From the IMG/VR virus record IMGVR_UViG_2934470325_000001, positions 1 through 64,000 of that record: 64,000 nucleotides of DNA; one strand, given 5' to 3'. This document shows positions 1 through 9,539 of this stretch, piece after piece (position 1 is the first letter of the stretch; the number at the start of each line of letters is the position of its first letter). Position numbers and translations under genes: made by a program. Below the pieces are notes generated by a model that was not told the origin of the DNA, searched no databases, and saw only the letters and a list, made by a program, of their open reading frames with translations. This DNA is from a virus (taxonomy: Duplodnaviria; Caudoviricetes).

Positions 1-276
1 TCATCGGACCTCCGATCGGGTCGTGGTGGGTGCGGCCCCCGCGACCGCACCGAGGACGGCGAGCGAGCGCGGGTACTCCCGCCACCGGTTGGTATACCTG
101 TCCCACTCGCCGCGCACCACATGGTCAGGGCCTTGAACCGTGGCGTAGAGGGCACCGGCAAGACATGCGGTGCGGAGGGCGTACCTGCGGGCCGACTGGA
201 AGTCGGGGTGAAGCGTTCTCACCTCGTCGCCGGGGTGGCGGCCGACTGTCTTCCAGGTGATGTAGACGGCCCACAT
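1..276 (-). CDS. hypothetical phage protein
   Basis: ATG at 276 coupled to TGA of upstream gene; MWAVYITWKT... Confidence 0.55.
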   Translation of the reverse strand: MWAVYITWKTVGRHPGDEVRTLHPDFQSARRYALRTACLAGALYATVQGPDHVVRGEWDRYTNRWREYPRSLAVLGAVAGAAPTTTRSEVR

Positions 277-488
277 CACGGCTGCGGCTCCGGCTGGTTG
301 ATGCGCTTCACCCACCACGGGATCGGCCCGGCGTCGTGGCGTGACTTCTTCGCCTGGGCTTCGGCCTCGCTGGCAGACCATCCCCTGTCGAGGCAGGTGC
401 GGCACGCCCAAAACCAGCCTGCGACGGTTTCCCAGCCGTCAGAGTCGTGTGTCGGTTCGAGTGCGGTCACCGGCGGGGGTGTGGTCAC
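276..488 (-). CDS. small hypothetical protein (CxxC)
   Basis: 70 aa, WACRTC; coupled to neighbours. Confidence 0.55.
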   Translation of the reverse strand: MTTPPPVTALEPTHDSDGWETVAGWFWACRTCLDRGWSASEAEAQAKKSRHDAGPIPWWVKRINQPEPQP

Positions 489-592
489 CTGCGCCGCCTC
501 GGGCGGGTGCCGGCGATGTGGATGAGGGAGAGGGCGGCGAACACGCCGAACACGATCAGCAAGCCGATGGCGGGGTCGGGCAGGTTGGGCAT
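485..592 (-). CDS. small membrane peptide
   Basis: MPNLPDPAIGLLIVFGVFAALSLIHIAGTRPRRRR; GAGGA RBS; GTGA overlap with next gene. Confidence 0.45.
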   Translation of the reverse strand: MPNLPDPAIGLLIVFGVFAALSLIHIAGTRPRRRR

Positions 593-617
593 GGCTGTCT
601 CCTCAGAGCCGGTCTGG

Positions 618-1028
618 TCAGAGTCGGGGCTTCACTTCGCTGCCGTCCGGCCACACGATCCGAGGCGTCACCTTCACCGCCCGACGGTCGTGCACCTCCA
701 ACCGCCACAGATCACCGGCCTCTTCCCCCTCGCAGTCGAGGCGGCCGGTGAACTCGTGGCCGGGGTGGGCGTCCACAACCTGCTGGACGTGCTCGACGAT
801 GTCGTAGCCGCGCATCTCGTCTTCCCAGGTGGGGGCGAGGGCGACGGCGGAGCGTGCGATGAGGGTGCCTTCCAGAGTGTCCCGCTCGGCCTCGGCGATG
901 CGGAACATGACGTCTCGGCCGTCGCGGTTGCGGGCGTTATCGGGCAGGAACGGGCTGTCCTTGATGTCACCCCAATGGATGGGTGGGGTGATTGCGATTT
1001 CGCCTGTGAAGCGGGTGATGTAGCCCAT
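618..1028 (-). CDS. hypothetical phage protein
   Basis: AGGAG RBS, globular composition, MGYITRFTGEIAITPP. Confidence 0.75.
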   Translation of the reverse strand: MGYITRFTGEIAITPPIHWGDIKDSPFLPDNARNRDGRDVMFRIAEAERDTLEGTLIARSAVALAPTWEDEMRGYDIVEHVQQVVDAHPGHEFTGRLDCEGEEAGDLWRLEVHDRRAVKVTPRIVWPDGSEVKPRL

Positions 1029-1106
1029 GGAGGTCTCCTGTCGTCGGGGGTCTGGTCGGCTACCGCTCGCGCTGGGACCACACGGTCCGGCACGGCGGTA
1101 CGCCGG

Positions 1107-1532
1107 TCAGTCCCAGGTGTCGGCGTACTGCTCGGCGGCGGCCTGGTATCCGGCCTTCTCCGCGTCGTCGGCGGTGGGCGCGTCCACCACCTTGGTCCAC
1201 CGGTGGGACAGCGCCGACTCGCGGCGGCCCACCACCTCGTGCTCGCCGACGATGACGGCCATCACCTTGTGGGTGGCGCACACCCCGTTGCTGGCGAGGC
1301 CAACGACCGTCCACCGGTCGGCCAGGTGTGGGGTGGTGTCGTCGGCGGTAACCCGGTCGGGTCCGACGACGTGGAATGCTTCCCGCACCAGCCTGATTGC
1401 CTCATCGGCGGTGCTGGCGGACACGCGGGCGGTGTGCAGGTCGTGGCCGAAGGCGTCGACACGACCGGCGACAGCGGCGATGTAGTCAGGGCCGTACGGG
1501 TCGACGATGGTGAGGACAGTCCAGGTGGCCAT
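1107..1532 (-). CDS. hypothetical protein
   Basis: C-terminal part of 317-aa ORF starting MATWTVLTIV. Confidence 0.65.
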   Translation of the reverse strand: MATWTVLTIVDPYGPDYIAAVAGRVDAFGHDLHTARVSASTADEAIRLVREAFHVVGPDRVTADDTTPHLADRWTVVGLASNGVCATHKVMAVIVGEHEVVGRRESALSHRWTKVVDAPTADDAEKAGYQAAAEQYADTWD

Positions 1533-1549
1533 GGGTGTGATCCGTTCGG

Positions 1550-1867
1550 TCAGTTCGGGGGCCAGTTGGGGCGGGTGCTGCGTTCCCGGAAGCTCTGGGC
1601 TCGGTCGAGGAAGTGCCTGCCGAGTGCTTCCAGGTGGTCGGGGTCTTTCACGTCGACGCCGCCGATGGTGATGACGCCGACGAAGTCGAGGATGGTGAGG
1701 CCGCGCTTGTTGGTGCCGACGAGCAGGGCGTGCCCGTAGCGGCGGCTGATGTAGACGCCAGGGTCGTGGCGGTTTTCCTCGTTGGTGTGGGCAACCACGT
1801 CGATGTCGTCGATGATGTGGTCGGCGAGGGTTCCGTCTTCGGCGATCAGTTCCGGCTGGTGGTCCAC
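1550..1867 (-). CDS. hypothetical protein
   Basis: GTG start after stop of upstream gene. Confidence 0.6.
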   Translation of the reverse strand: MDHQPELIAEDGTLADHIIDDIDVVAHTNEENRHDPGVYISRRYGHALLVGTNKRGLTILDFVGVITIGGVDVKDPDHLEALGRHFLDRAQSFRERSTRPNWPPN

Positions 1868-1869
1868 GG

Positions 1870-2253
1870 TCAGCCCTTCCCGCACTGGCACGGCACGGCC
1901 TCAGGGGCCCGGTGGCCGTTGTTTCGCAGCGCCCGCGCGTACGCCCGGCTGTACAGGTTGTCGCCCCGGCAGTCCTCGCTGTGGCCGGCAGCGACATGCC
2001 GGCGGTTAGCTTCGGTGAAACACACGGTTGCCTTGAAGTGTTCGTGGTCCCAGTTGCCACGGAACCGGCCGACGTTCGCCGAGTCGTAGATGGAGCGGGC
2101 TGCGACGGTCACGAACTCGTCGTCGGGGAGGGCGGGAAGATTCTGCGCCCAGGCGAGCAGGTCCGGCTTGTAGCGGTCTGCGGCGTTGTCGAACTCGCGG
2201 ACGGCGACAGGGCCGACGAGGGTCGCCCAGTTGTCGGGCAGGGTGACGGTCAC
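1870..2253 (-). CDS. hypothetical protein
   Basis: GGAGG RBS + GTG at repeated junction motif. Confidence 0.65.
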   Translation of the reverse strand: MTVTLPDNWATLVGPVAVREFDNAADRYKPDLLAWAQNLPALPDDEFVTVAARSIYDSANVGRFRGNWDHEHFKATVCFTEANRRHVAAGHSEDCRGDNLYSRAYARALRNNGHRAPEAVPCQCGKG

Positions 2254-2255
2254 GG

Positions 2256-2432
2256 TCAGTCCTCCATCGGGTTGATGTGTCGTGCGAGCCACCACGGCGA
2301 CCATCGGCGCAGTCGGCGGCCGAGGATGGTGCCGCCGTACTCGTGTCCGGGGCAGGGGCGCGCACCCCACCGGCCGCAGGCGAAGCAGACCGGGCCTCGG
2401 GCGTACAGGGCTCGATTCAGCAGGCGACGCAC
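2256..2432 (-). CDS. small Cys-rich hypothetical protein
   Basis: CFACGRW...CPGH; flanked by identical 22-bp junction repeats. Confidence 0.5.
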   Translation of the reverse strand: MRRLLNRALYARGPVCFACGRWGARPCPGHEYGGTILGRRLRRWSPWWLARHINPMED

Positions 2433-2434
2433 GG

Positions 2435-2836
2435 TCAGTCCTCCATCGGGTCGCAGATCGGGAAGCCGCACTCCGTTGCCTCGCTGAGCAGGCCGGAGAC
2501 CTCGACGTGCAGGGTTCGGTCGCCTCGGGCGATGGCGGCGGCGATTCGGTGCCAGCCGTCGTTGACGGTGACCCCGTTGAACACCTCCACCTCGATCGGG
2601 TCGGTGCCGTCGTTCGGCCAGTGGCGGGTGAGCCAGGCAACGCGGGCAGTGTGGGTCGCGGCGGATTCGCTGCCGCTGGCCCAGTCGCGGCGGCCCGGGT
2701 TCGGCTGGTCGCAGGCGGTCACGTCGGCGAGGCGGAGCGGGCGGCAGCCCTGCCACGGTGGGTTGAGGTACGGGTCGTACGGGATCAGGCCGAGGAATGC
2801 GTCGAGGCTGATCGGCGTGATGAGGCGGGCTGCCAT
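2435..2836 (-). CDS. ParB/Srx-like N-terminal domain protein
   Basis: PIEV...VNDGWHRIAAAIARG motif. Confidence 0.65.
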   Translation of the reverse strand: MAARLITPISLDAFLGLIPYDPYLNPPWQGCRPLRLADVTACDQPNPGRRDWASGSESAATHTARVAWLTRHWPNDGTDPIEVEVFNGVTVNDGWHRIAAAIARGDRTLHVEVSGLLSEATECGFPICDPMED

Positions 2837-2864
2837 CAGTCCTCCATCGGTTCGCTGGTCCAGA

Positions 2865-2921
2865 AAAGTGGGGTGTCCACATCTAGTTTACCCGGCCCCT
2901 GCCAAAGTGGGTACCCCACAT
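2865..2921. promoter_or_regulatory. operator-like imperfect palindromes between divergent genes
   Basis: AAAGTGGGGTGTCCACAT (2865) and AAAGTGGGTACCCCACAT (2904). Confidence 0.6.
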
Positions 2922-2935
2922 GCGAGACTGATCAG

Positions 2936-3175
2936 GTGCCCGACAGACATCAGCGCGACAAGACGACATTCCGCCCGCCGCCCGAGGTGAAGGCGGAAGC
3001 TCAGAACGTGCTGACCGGGCGTGACGGTTGGACGCTCAACGACTTCCTCGTGGCGTGCATGGTGCTGCTCGCCAAGAACCCTGACGCCATGCTCGACCGG
3101 TTGAAGGAGTTCCGGCCGCCGCCGAAGAAGGGCCGACCACCAAGGAAGCAGGACACCACCAACCCCAACACCTGA
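2936..3175 (+). CDS. ribbon-helix-helix-like DNA-binding protein
   Basis: KTTFRPPPEVKAEAQ...WTLNDFLVACM pattern; GAGACT -10 six nt before GTG. Confidence 0.6.
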   Translation: MPDRHQRDKTTFRPPPEVKAEAQNVLTGRDGWTLNDFLVACMVLLAKNPDAMLDRLKEFRPPPKKGRPPRKQDTTNPNT

Positions 3176-3226
3176 CGCGGTGTGCCTTACAGACCGCCCC
3201 CCGCCCCCGTGGCTACCGTCGAAGAC

Positions 3227-3454
3227 ATGACCGACCTGCACACGCTGTGGAACACCCTGCCCGCCGCCGACCGAACCCTGTTCGTTGAGCACGCCGACAG
3301 CCCCGACCTGCCGGCTCACGTCGCCCAGAGGGCCCAGGCCGCACGGATGCCCATCGTCATCGGCGTGACCCAGGACAAGTCGGGGGCGGCTGTCGCGTGG
3401 CCGGAAGTGGTGCGGGAGTTCCTACAGCGGAAGGCCGCCGAACGGGAAGCCTGA
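3227..3454 (+). CDS. hypothetical protein (probably leaderless)
   Basis: TACCGT 7 nt before ATG. Confidence 0.6.
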   Translation: MTDLHTLWNTLPAADRTLFVEHADSPDLPAHVAQRAQAARMPIVIGVTQDKSGAAVAWPEVVREFLQRKAAEREA

Positions 3455-3458
3455 CCTG

Positions 3459-3510
3459 GACGTGGGGAAGCCCCGGCGCTCAACACGAGCAGCCGGGGCT
3501 TCCTGCGTCA
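3459..3510. terminator. bidirectional hairpin terminator
   Basis: GGAAGCCCCGGC...GCCGGGGCTTCC between convergent genes. Confidence 0.7.
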
Positions 3511-3837
3511 AGGGCGGGCTGTCTCGCCCAGGTCGGCGCGTGAAGGCGGGTCAGGGATCGCCGCTAGGTCGAACGGTTTCACCCAGCCGCCCAACATCTG
3601 ATGCGCCTCCGTTGCCCACGCCTTCCACTGCCGCCGATACTGGCCCTGCAATCCCTCATGCCAGCAGGCCAGCAGCACCTGATGCCGGGTGAGCCCGTAG
3701 TCTTCGCACACCGCAGCCATCGGCTCCCCGGCCATCACCATGCCGGCCACGGCTTCGGTGGAGATGGCTCCCACTGACGGGTGGCCGAAGTTGCGCCTCG
3801 GATCGGCAACCACCACAGGCCACGCATCTCCCGTCAT
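3508..3837 (-). CDS. DUF433-family (antitoxin-like HTH) protein
   Basis: DPRRNFGHPSV...AGEPMAAVCEDYGLTRHQV. Confidence 0.75.
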   Translation of the reverse strand: MTGDAWPVVVADPRRNFGHPSVGAISTEAVAGMVMAGEPMAAVCEDYGLTRHQVLLACWHEGLQGQYRRQWKAWATEAHQMLGGWVKPFDLAAIPDPPSRADLGETARP

Positions 3838-3854
3838 GCGGTCGAGGATACTGG

Positions 3855-4052
3855 TCACCGCTGCACGCGGACGGTCACCACCTGGACGCCGCACTGTACG
3901 CACCGTAGCTCGTATACGTCGGTGGGATCTGTGTGCCCGACCAGGGCTACAGGGTGCCCGTCGTGGCCGTGGCCAGATGCGGCCGTGGTGAGCCGCCGCC
4001 AAAACGCGCGGGTGGCGAAGTCGGCGGCGGCCACCTCCACCTGGGCGACCAT
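3855..4052 (-). CDS. small hypothetical protein (CxxC)
   Basis: coupled to upstream ORF. Confidence 0.45.
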   Translation of the reverse strand: MVAQVEVAAADFATRAFWRRLTTAASGHGHDGHPVALVGHTDPTDVYELRCVQCGVQVVTVRVQR

Positions 4053-4444
4053 CAGCGACCGAGGATCGACCCGTAGAACTGGGAGCCGTCGAGTAGCTCA
4101 ACGCGCACCCCGCCCGGCTTCGTGGAGCCGCCCCACTCGGCGTACGTCTGCACCTGCTTGACGCCGGGATGCTGGCCGGCGCGGATCACATCGGCGACCG
4201 CCTGCGCCCACGACGGCGGGTCGGTGGGTGCGGCAGACACGGCCGGTGCCGGGTCGGGCTGCTCCCACGTCCCGGTCCACACCTGCCCAGACTCGGCCTT
4301 CACAAACTGCATGTTGACCTTGCCGGCGAGGGTGACACCGAACGGTTTGGGGCCGCCGTCCGTCGACCAGCGGACCACCGTGCCGGCCCACGGCTGGACG
4401 GTCAGGGACTCGGCAAGCCATCCCTCGAAGTCACGGACCCTCAA
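4052..4444 (-). CDS. hypothetical protein
   Basis: overlaps antitoxin stop; globular composition. Confidence 0.6.
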   Translation of the reverse strand: MRVRDFEGWLAESLTVQPWAGTVVRWSTDGGPKPFGVTLAGKVNMQFVKAESGQVWTGTWEQPDPAPAVSAAPTDPPSWAQAVADVIRAGQHPGVKQVQTYAEWGGSTKPGGVRVELLDGSQFYGSILGR

Positions 4445-4746
4445 CCCAGCACCAGCTTTTCGTCCCCAAAGTCGGCGACGATCTGAAGCTTCCCACCAAG
4501 CGCGTTGATGTACTTGGCGATCGTGCCGATCTCCGTAGCGGGCAGTTCGCCCTTCTCGATTGCTGACACGCGGGCTTGAGAGACGCCCATGAGGTCGGCT
4601 AGCTGGGTTTGGCTCATGTCGTGGCGCTGCCGCACCTCGGCGAGGCGGGCTGCGCGAATCTCGGCGATCATGTGCTGCTTGTGTGCGGCGATTTTGGTTT
4701 CGTCGAGGTCGGCGCGGGCGCGTACGTCCCGCCAGTTGCTCGCCAT
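4441..4746 (-). CDS. higA: HigA-like XRE-family antitoxin
   Basis: MSQTQLADLMGVSQARVSAIEKG HTH; YINALGGKLQIVADFGD tail; directly after toxin. Confidence 0.85.
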   Translation of the reverse strand: MASNWRDVRARADLDETKIAAHKQHMIAEIRAARLAEVRQRHDMSQTQLADLMGVSQARVSAIEKGELPATEIGTIAKYINALGGKLQIVADFGDEKLVLG

Positions 4747-5117
4747 CAGTGCTGTCCCTTCAGCTCCTGGAGATGGTTGTCGTACAGGTTGTCGGCGGTG
4801 GGGATGCTGGTGCGGTACCAGTCTTTCCACTGCCCGTTTTTGTCTCCGGCGATGAGGAGGATCGCTGCCCGGGTTGGGTCGAAGCAGAACAGGATGCGTA
4901 CTTCGCTGGTTCCGGTGCTGCCGGGGCGGAGTTCTTTCATGTTGCGGTGGCGGGAGGTTTTGATGTGGTCGACGAGGGGTCGGCCGAGGGTAGGGCCTTC
5001 GTGGGCGAGCATGTCGATGGCGGCGGCGATGAGGTTGGCGGATTCGGGGTCTTCCTTGGCGAGGGTCAGGTACCAGTCTTCGACCTGCTCGGTGAGGTTG
5101 ATGTCCCACGAATCCAT
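4746..5117 (-). CDS. higB: HigB/RelE-family toxin
   Basis: EGPTLGRPLVDHIKTSRHRNMKELRPGS...VRILFCFDP...LLIAGDK; TATAGT -10 six nt before ATG. Confidence 0.9.
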   Translation of the reverse strand: MDSWDINLTEQVEDWYLTLAKEDPESANLIAAAIDMLAHEGPTLGRPLVDHIKTSRHRNMKELRPGSTGTSEVRILFCFDPTRAAILLIAGDKNGQWKDWYRTSIPTADNLYDNHLQELKGQH

Positions 5118-5254
5118 GCAGCAACTATAACACTGGCGTTGTGGGACGGGGTAGGGGCCAAGGAATGATCACCACAGGCGGGGGCGGACGTGCGGCGGCC
5201 CCGGCTGATCCCGGACTACCCCCGGGGGCCAGGGCCGCACCCTACGCAGAGCCG

Positions 5255-5422
5255 CGCTCACCATTCAGCGACGCCCGCACGGACCTCGTCGCCTGCCGAC
5301 CGGACACCCCAACCGCACCGAGCTTCGGCCGCTTACCAGTCGGCGTAGACCCGGGAGGGTGTCCCCGGCGGTGCGCCGATCAGAGGCGGAACCACGCCGG
5401 GACCTCTGGGTTGGGAGTCGGC
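5255..5422. ncRNA. candidate highly structured intergenic RNA (strand unknown)
   Basis: Six or more complementary segment pairs in about 170 bp with no credible ORF. Confidence 0.35.
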
Positions 5423-5463
5423 CCCGGTTCGCGTGTGTCGTGCTACCCGATCTGCCGTTGATG

Positions 5464-5946
5464 CTAGCCGGCGGGTGCGACATTCTGCCGCTGCTGTGCG
5501 AGACGCTGCCGCCGCACCCGCGCAGCCTCCCGTTCAGCCTTACGGATCTCAGGCAGGGCGTCGGTGACACCGAACGCGGCACGGGCAGCGACCCGCTCCA
5601 CCACGCCCAGGCTGGACAAGTCTTCGTTGCCTCCCAGGTCGCCGAGGAACGCGCTGATGTGGGCGGCCTGCACGATCGGTGCCCACCGGGCCAGCAGGTC
5701 CATCAGGTCGGGAAAGGTCGCGACCTTGAATAAGGGGGATCCGGCGTCGATGCCCCACACGTCGATGGCGTACTCGGTGCCACCGGCGGGCGTGGCGCGC
5801 CGCCAAGTGGTGATGTAGAGGGGGGCGGGGTCTTCGCCGACGGTGAGGAATCGACCCCAGCCAAGGGATTTCATCGTCGGCTCGTAGTCGCCTTCGGGAT
5901 TCTTGGCTTCAACGAACGGGTCGTAGGGCTCGCAGCGGCTGTCCAT
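5464..5946 (-). CDS. hypothetical protein
   Basis: GAAGGAG RBS + ATG (MDSRCEPY). Confidence 0.7.
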   Translation of the reverse strand: MDSRCEPYDPFVEAKNPEGDYEPTMKSLGWGRFLTVGEDPAPLYITTWRRATPAGGTEYAIDVWGIDAGSPLFKVATFPDLMDLLARWAPIVQAAHISAFLGDLGGNEDLSSLGVVERVAARAAFGVTDALPEIRKAEREAARVRRQRLAQQRQNVAPAG

Positions 5947-6066
5947 GCGGTCTCCTTCGGGGGATGTGTCGGAGTGATGCCGACAGCCTCCATGTGGGCC
6001 AGCAGCCGGCGCGCTGTTCACGCGTGTCGCCTACCCGACAGCCGCCGGTTGGGTGGTGCGAGGCCG

Positions 6067-6642
6067 TCACTTCGCCGCGCGGGACACCTTTCGCAATGCG
6101 GCCGTCAACTCCCGCCGCACCTGCTCGATCAGCCGCAACTGCTCCCGCGCAATGTCCAGGCTCGCCTGCTCATGCCCGGCTGCGAGGGCAGCCAACCGCA
6201 CATCCAACGCCATCACCTGCATCAGAGGTTCGTTGCCGGCCGCATACGGGCCGCCTTCGGTCAGGTCGTCGAGCTGCCCGACCTGCATCTCCGCTTCGAC
6301 CAGTTCGCAGGTGAGGCATGTCTGCCGCAGCACGGCTTCCCGGTGGGCTACGTCGCGGCGCAGAACGGCGAGTTGGTGTTCGGTTTGGGCTGCCCGCCGG
6401 GTCAGCCACTCTGCGGGGGTCGGAGTGTCGCCAACGTCGGGGATGGCGTCGTACAGGTTGTTGATGCGGGTGTTGTCGGCGAGGTTGTCGATGGTGGTGT
6501 CGAGGTCGTTGATCTGCTGGGCGAGGGTGTCCATGTGGGTGAGGAGTTGTTGGCGGCGTCGGCTGGTGTGGCGGTGCCATTCGGGGTGGCGGGGTGCTGT
6601 CTGCCTGAGCACGGTGGATGGCGGGGTGGGGGTGTCGGTCAT
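6067..6642 (-). CDS. coiled-coil hypothetical protein
   Basis: heptad-rich; GGAG RBS. Confidence 0.6.
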   Translation of the reverse strand: MTDTPTPPSTVLRQTAPRHPEWHRHTSRRRQQLLTHMDTLAQQINDLDTTIDNLADNTRINNLYDAIPDVGDTPTPAEWLTRRAAQTEHQLAVLRRDVAHREAVLRQTCLTCELVEAEMQVGQLDDLTEGGPYAAGNEPLMQVMALDVRLAALAAGHEQASLDIAREQLRLIEQVRRELTAALRKVSRAAK

Positions 6643-9430
6643 GGCATGCCGCTCCGATCGGTGGTCGGCTGGTGCAGGTCGGGCCGGTCGCAGCACACCA
6701 CCCACCCCGAATGGCCGGGGCAGCATTCGACGTCCCCCGAGGTGGGGCAGTAGTAGGGGGCGCACTGCTCGCCCTGCGCCTGGGTGACGGCGTCCCACGC
6801 CTCATCGGTGTCGATCTGGCTGGCGCGGTCCACGATCCGCCGCGCCACCTCGTCCGGTGCGCCAGCGGCCAGGGCGCGGGCTTCGGGGGTGCCCAGCGAC
6901 GACGCTTCGATCAGCCGGCGAATCGGCGAGTCACCCACGGCTGACCGGCTCGTGAGGGCGGTCGCCACCACAGGTCCGCCAGCCATGCTGGTCTTCCCAG
7001 CGGCCCCACACATTCTTGCGGAGGGTTCTACCGCATCGGTTGCAACAGGTCATGGTCTGATCCTCGCTTTCGGGGCGGCTCAGTTCGTCTGTCATCTCTC
7101 GGGGTGGGTTGGGGGTGCGGGGCGGCATGTTGTGGGCTGTGCGTCGATCCTGGCGGGCCGGCGGGCAGGTTCTGTCACGCCGCCGGTCCCGGGATTCACT
7201 CCAGCCAGCGGGGTGCGTTGAGGGGCGTGTTGGTCGGCGGGGCCGGATTGGCGATGGGATGCCACGGCACTGCCCCGACGAGTAGCCGGGTCACCGTCCG
7301 CCGAAGCCACAGCACGGAGCCCGCGACGGCGATCACCGCGACAGCAGTCACGGCAAGCAGCAGCAGGGCCTCACCGCCGGTCGTCTCACCGCCGGTGGCA
7401 GCAACCACCGTGGCGGCTGTCGCGGTGGCGACCACACTGGCCGCGCTCACCCCGGCTTGAATGAAGCGGGCGGTGAGGATCATGTCGGCGGCCGCCCTGC
7501 TCATGCCTCGTCTGCCTTCCGCTCGCGGTCGTCGAGGGCTGCCAGCGCGTACGACGACAGGTGGCCGGTGTCGCCGGTGTGTTCGGCGATGCGGATCTCC
7601 GCGTGGTCGGCGGCGTAGTTGAGTCCGTGCGAGGACGGCAGACCCTCAACAAGGCCGGTGGCGGTGTTTCGCAGCTCGAAATGCCACCGTTCGGGGGTGT
7701 CGTTGACGTGGTGGACTTCCCAGTCGGGGAGCCGCCGGTAGCGCAGTGGTGTGCCGTAGCGGTTGATGCTCTCCCAGGGCGGTTCGGTTCGGTCGGTCAC
7801 GGGTTCCTCCGAACTGGGTCGACGTTCATCCCGTGTGCGGCGAACATGCCTTTCACGTCGGCGATGCTGAACGGGTCGGGGACGACGGTCGCCTCCACCG
7901 TCACCCGGCCGCCCTGCCCGCGCAGGTCGTGAATGTCGGAGGCGAGGACACGCCATCCGGCGGGCACAGCGTCAAGCCACATGTGGGCGTCGTTGGGGGT
8001 GTCGAAGTGGGCGGTGAGATGGCGGATCTGCCCGTTGGGGTCGGCGGTCGGGTCGGTCACGGCGTCTCCTGCGGGGTGTGCCGGGCGAGAAACGCGTCCC
8101 GGATGGTCAGGCTGACGCTCCACTCGTCGCCGGGCCCTTCGGTTGTGTGTCTCACGTAGATGTCGCCGCCGATCTCCTTCACCGATCTGACCGTGGAGAT
8201 GCCGCCGTCGGTGTTCCGCCAGAGGCTATCGACGGCCACATCCTGCGGCCCGGTCATCGCCGGCCCTGCGTTCCGTCGGGCCGGACCAGAGACGACGTTT
8301 CCACGCCGTGCTCCACCCGGCCGCCGTCCCAGCGGACGGATGCCCGCCAATACGGGTCGGCGTAATGCCCGTAGCGGTCGCAGCGGACGACGGTGCCGAC
8401 AGTGCGGGGGTCACGCCAGGTGGTGACACGCTCGTCGAGTTCGGGCTCCCACGCTCGCAGCGGGGTCCAGTCCTGCTCGATGGTCATGGGCTGCCCCGCC
8501 ATCACTCGACACCACCGTTCACCCTCTGAAACGACACCAGGGCACCGCCGTACGGTGGCGCGGCATCCGCTGCTTCCGGGCGGGTCGGGCACATCCACGT
8601 GTCCGGGCGGTCCGCGCCGATCCGGCCCTGCGTCGAGCAGCGGCCCACACAGTCCGCGCACGGGCTGGTGCGGTCGAATCGCGGGGAGGCCGTGCCGTCG
8701 CCGTTGGACGCCCACTCGTTGACCCCGACATGCTCGGCGCACGTCCACACCTCGTGCACACAGTTACCGAATCCGGTGGGCATCCGGGCGACGTGGGTAG
8801 CGGGCTGGCCGCAGAGGCAGCCAGCGGCCCGTGCGGCGGCGTTGATGGCGTGCCACCGTTGTTCGGCTTCGCGGTGCTCCCGGTCGCGGGCGGCAGCACG
8901 GCGGTCGGGCTGGCTGCGGATGTCTCCCCACACGGTGGCGAAGTTGTGCGCCCAGATTGCGACAGCAGCGACGGCGAGCAGCGCGGCCAGGACGAGGCCG
9001 CCGTAGATGATCCAGTCGGTCACGGCTGGCCCTCCGTCCACGAGGTTTGAAACTCCCGCAGCGGCTCCATCTGGTAGACGCCGTCGTCGTCCTGCACGGC
9101 CAGCGGGGCAATCTCCTGCACCTGCTCGAACTTGATGACCATCGTGCCGGCGGTGAACCGACCCAGCGGCCACGAGTACAGGTCGAGGCGGAACATGTCG
9201 GCGTTGGCTGCGGTGACGATCCCGACGGGGCATTTGCCGTTGTCGAGGCCGACGGCGAGAACGTCACCGGGGCGCAGCGGCATGAGCTCGTCGTCGGAGT
9301 CGCGGACCACCCCCGCGTCGTCGAGGGCCCGCCAGATGGTGTCGGCGGCGGTGATGGGCTTCTGCACGCCGAGGTCGTGCAGGAGTTCCTGGAGCTGCTC
9401 GCGGATGGGCTTGGCGGTTGGCTCGGTCAT
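6639..9430 (-). other. run of about 10 small coupled hypothetical genes (e.g. 7196-7504 membrane, 7501-7800, 7797-8060, 8254-8502, 8502-9023 TM+Cys, 9020-9430)
   Basis: RTGA overlaps and GGAGG RBSs; no recognisable domains. Confidence 0.55.
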
Positions 9431-9539
9431 GGGTTCCTCCGTGGGTGGTTGGGGTCGGGTCGGGGGTTGTCGGCTAGCGGACAGCGTGTCCATCCGGGTG
9501 GGGGTCGACCTGGCGGCTATCGGATCGGACACTGCCACG

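Larger units (their letters stand above)
2251..2850. repeat. gene-junction direct repeat CACGGTCAGTCCTCCATCGGGT (2251-2272, 2430-2451; 15-bp core at 2836-2850)
   Basis: Read directly; on minus strand encodes PMED-stop, RBS and next start. Confidence 0.9.
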
